Origin: Patellaria atrata CBS 101060
Lineage: Eukaryota
Assembly (NCBI GenBank): GCA_010093705.1
Contig: MU006092.1
Location: 1,010,350 to 1,074,349 of the forward strand
Direction of reading: 5' to 3'
Length of the DNA: 64,000 nt
Below the pieces are notes generated by a model. That model had not been told where the DNA came from. It ran no database searches and worked only from the letters and a program-made list of their open reading frames with translations. The first letter of the stretch is position 1, and every line of letters begins with the position of its first letter. Both the position numbers and the translations under genes were made by a program. Of this stretch, positions 63,719 through 64,000 are shown in pieces.

Positions 63719-64000
63719 CTAAGCGAAATTATCCTGCCTATCCACCCAAATATCCTCCAGCTCGGCAAAATTGACGAAATGAATACTCCGATGCTGATCG
63801 TCATAAAACCTGAGCGGTGTATCAATCTTGACCTCGACATCCTTCTTCTCCACGCTCCCAAACGCGCTGCCCATGAAGCTGTAATTCCACTTACTATCTA
63901 CTGGCACTAAGAAATATCCCCTGATCTTGTCGCTCAACAGCAACTGGCACTTCTCCCCGAACGCGGTGCTGAAACCTGCGGGCTGGTCGGAGGATAGGTC
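63719..64000 (-). CDS. PRP8: Pre-mRNA splicing factor Prp8, C-terminal end (gene continues beyond the window)
   Basis: EKCQLLLSDKIRGYFLVP...WNYSFMG...TPLRFYDDQHRSIHFVNFAELE...DNFA* matches the Prp8 C-terminal (PROCT) region. Confidence 0.92.
   Translation of the reverse strand, partial: DLSSDQPAGFSTAFGEKCQLLLSDKIRGYFLVPVDSKWNYSFMGSAFGSVEKKDVEVKIDTPLRFYDDQHRSIHFVNFAELEDIWVDRQDNFA

Noticed and set aside
63719..64000. PRP8 intein
   Set aside because: Known fungal PRP8 intein sites lie well upstream of the C-terminal fragment visible here, so it cannot be assessed.

Overview
Eukaryotic DNA from a filamentous ascomycete (Pezizomycotina): GT-AG introns with CTRAC/CTAAC branch points and RIP-type C->T/G->A damage. 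The first ~4 kb is a nested LTR-retrotransposon cluster with three LTR families, intact 5-bp TSDs, RIP-mutated and unmutated copies side by side, and a 100-N gap. Bases 4-12 kb are a gene-poor flank with an LtrA-like membrane protein, decayed gene remnants and a small 8-Cys secreted protein. Bases 12-49 kb are gene-dense: NDUFAF3, malic enzyme, UCH-like, 6PGD, RTA1-like, CGI121, Zn2Cys6 TF, PNC1, MetE-core-like, COX4, AidB-like ACAD, MARVEL, FCY2-like permease, Tim17-like, AKR, DOM34, MAPEG, a hypothetical protein and RPS21. The last 15 kb holds two tandem Myb/SANT genes in long non-coding spacers and the 3' end of PRP8. Most notable: (1) a predicted ~235-nt box H/ACA RNA after RPS21 whose pockets pair with U2 snRNA and 18S rRNA; (2) a paralogous Myb pair with a shared intron position, structured introns and possible non-AUG starts; (3) a divergent malic enzyme / 6PGD pair that both carry NAD-type signatures, separated by a UCH gene lacking an ATG. 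Exon boundaries were read by eye, no database searches were run, and reference RNA sequences and numbering are from memory.
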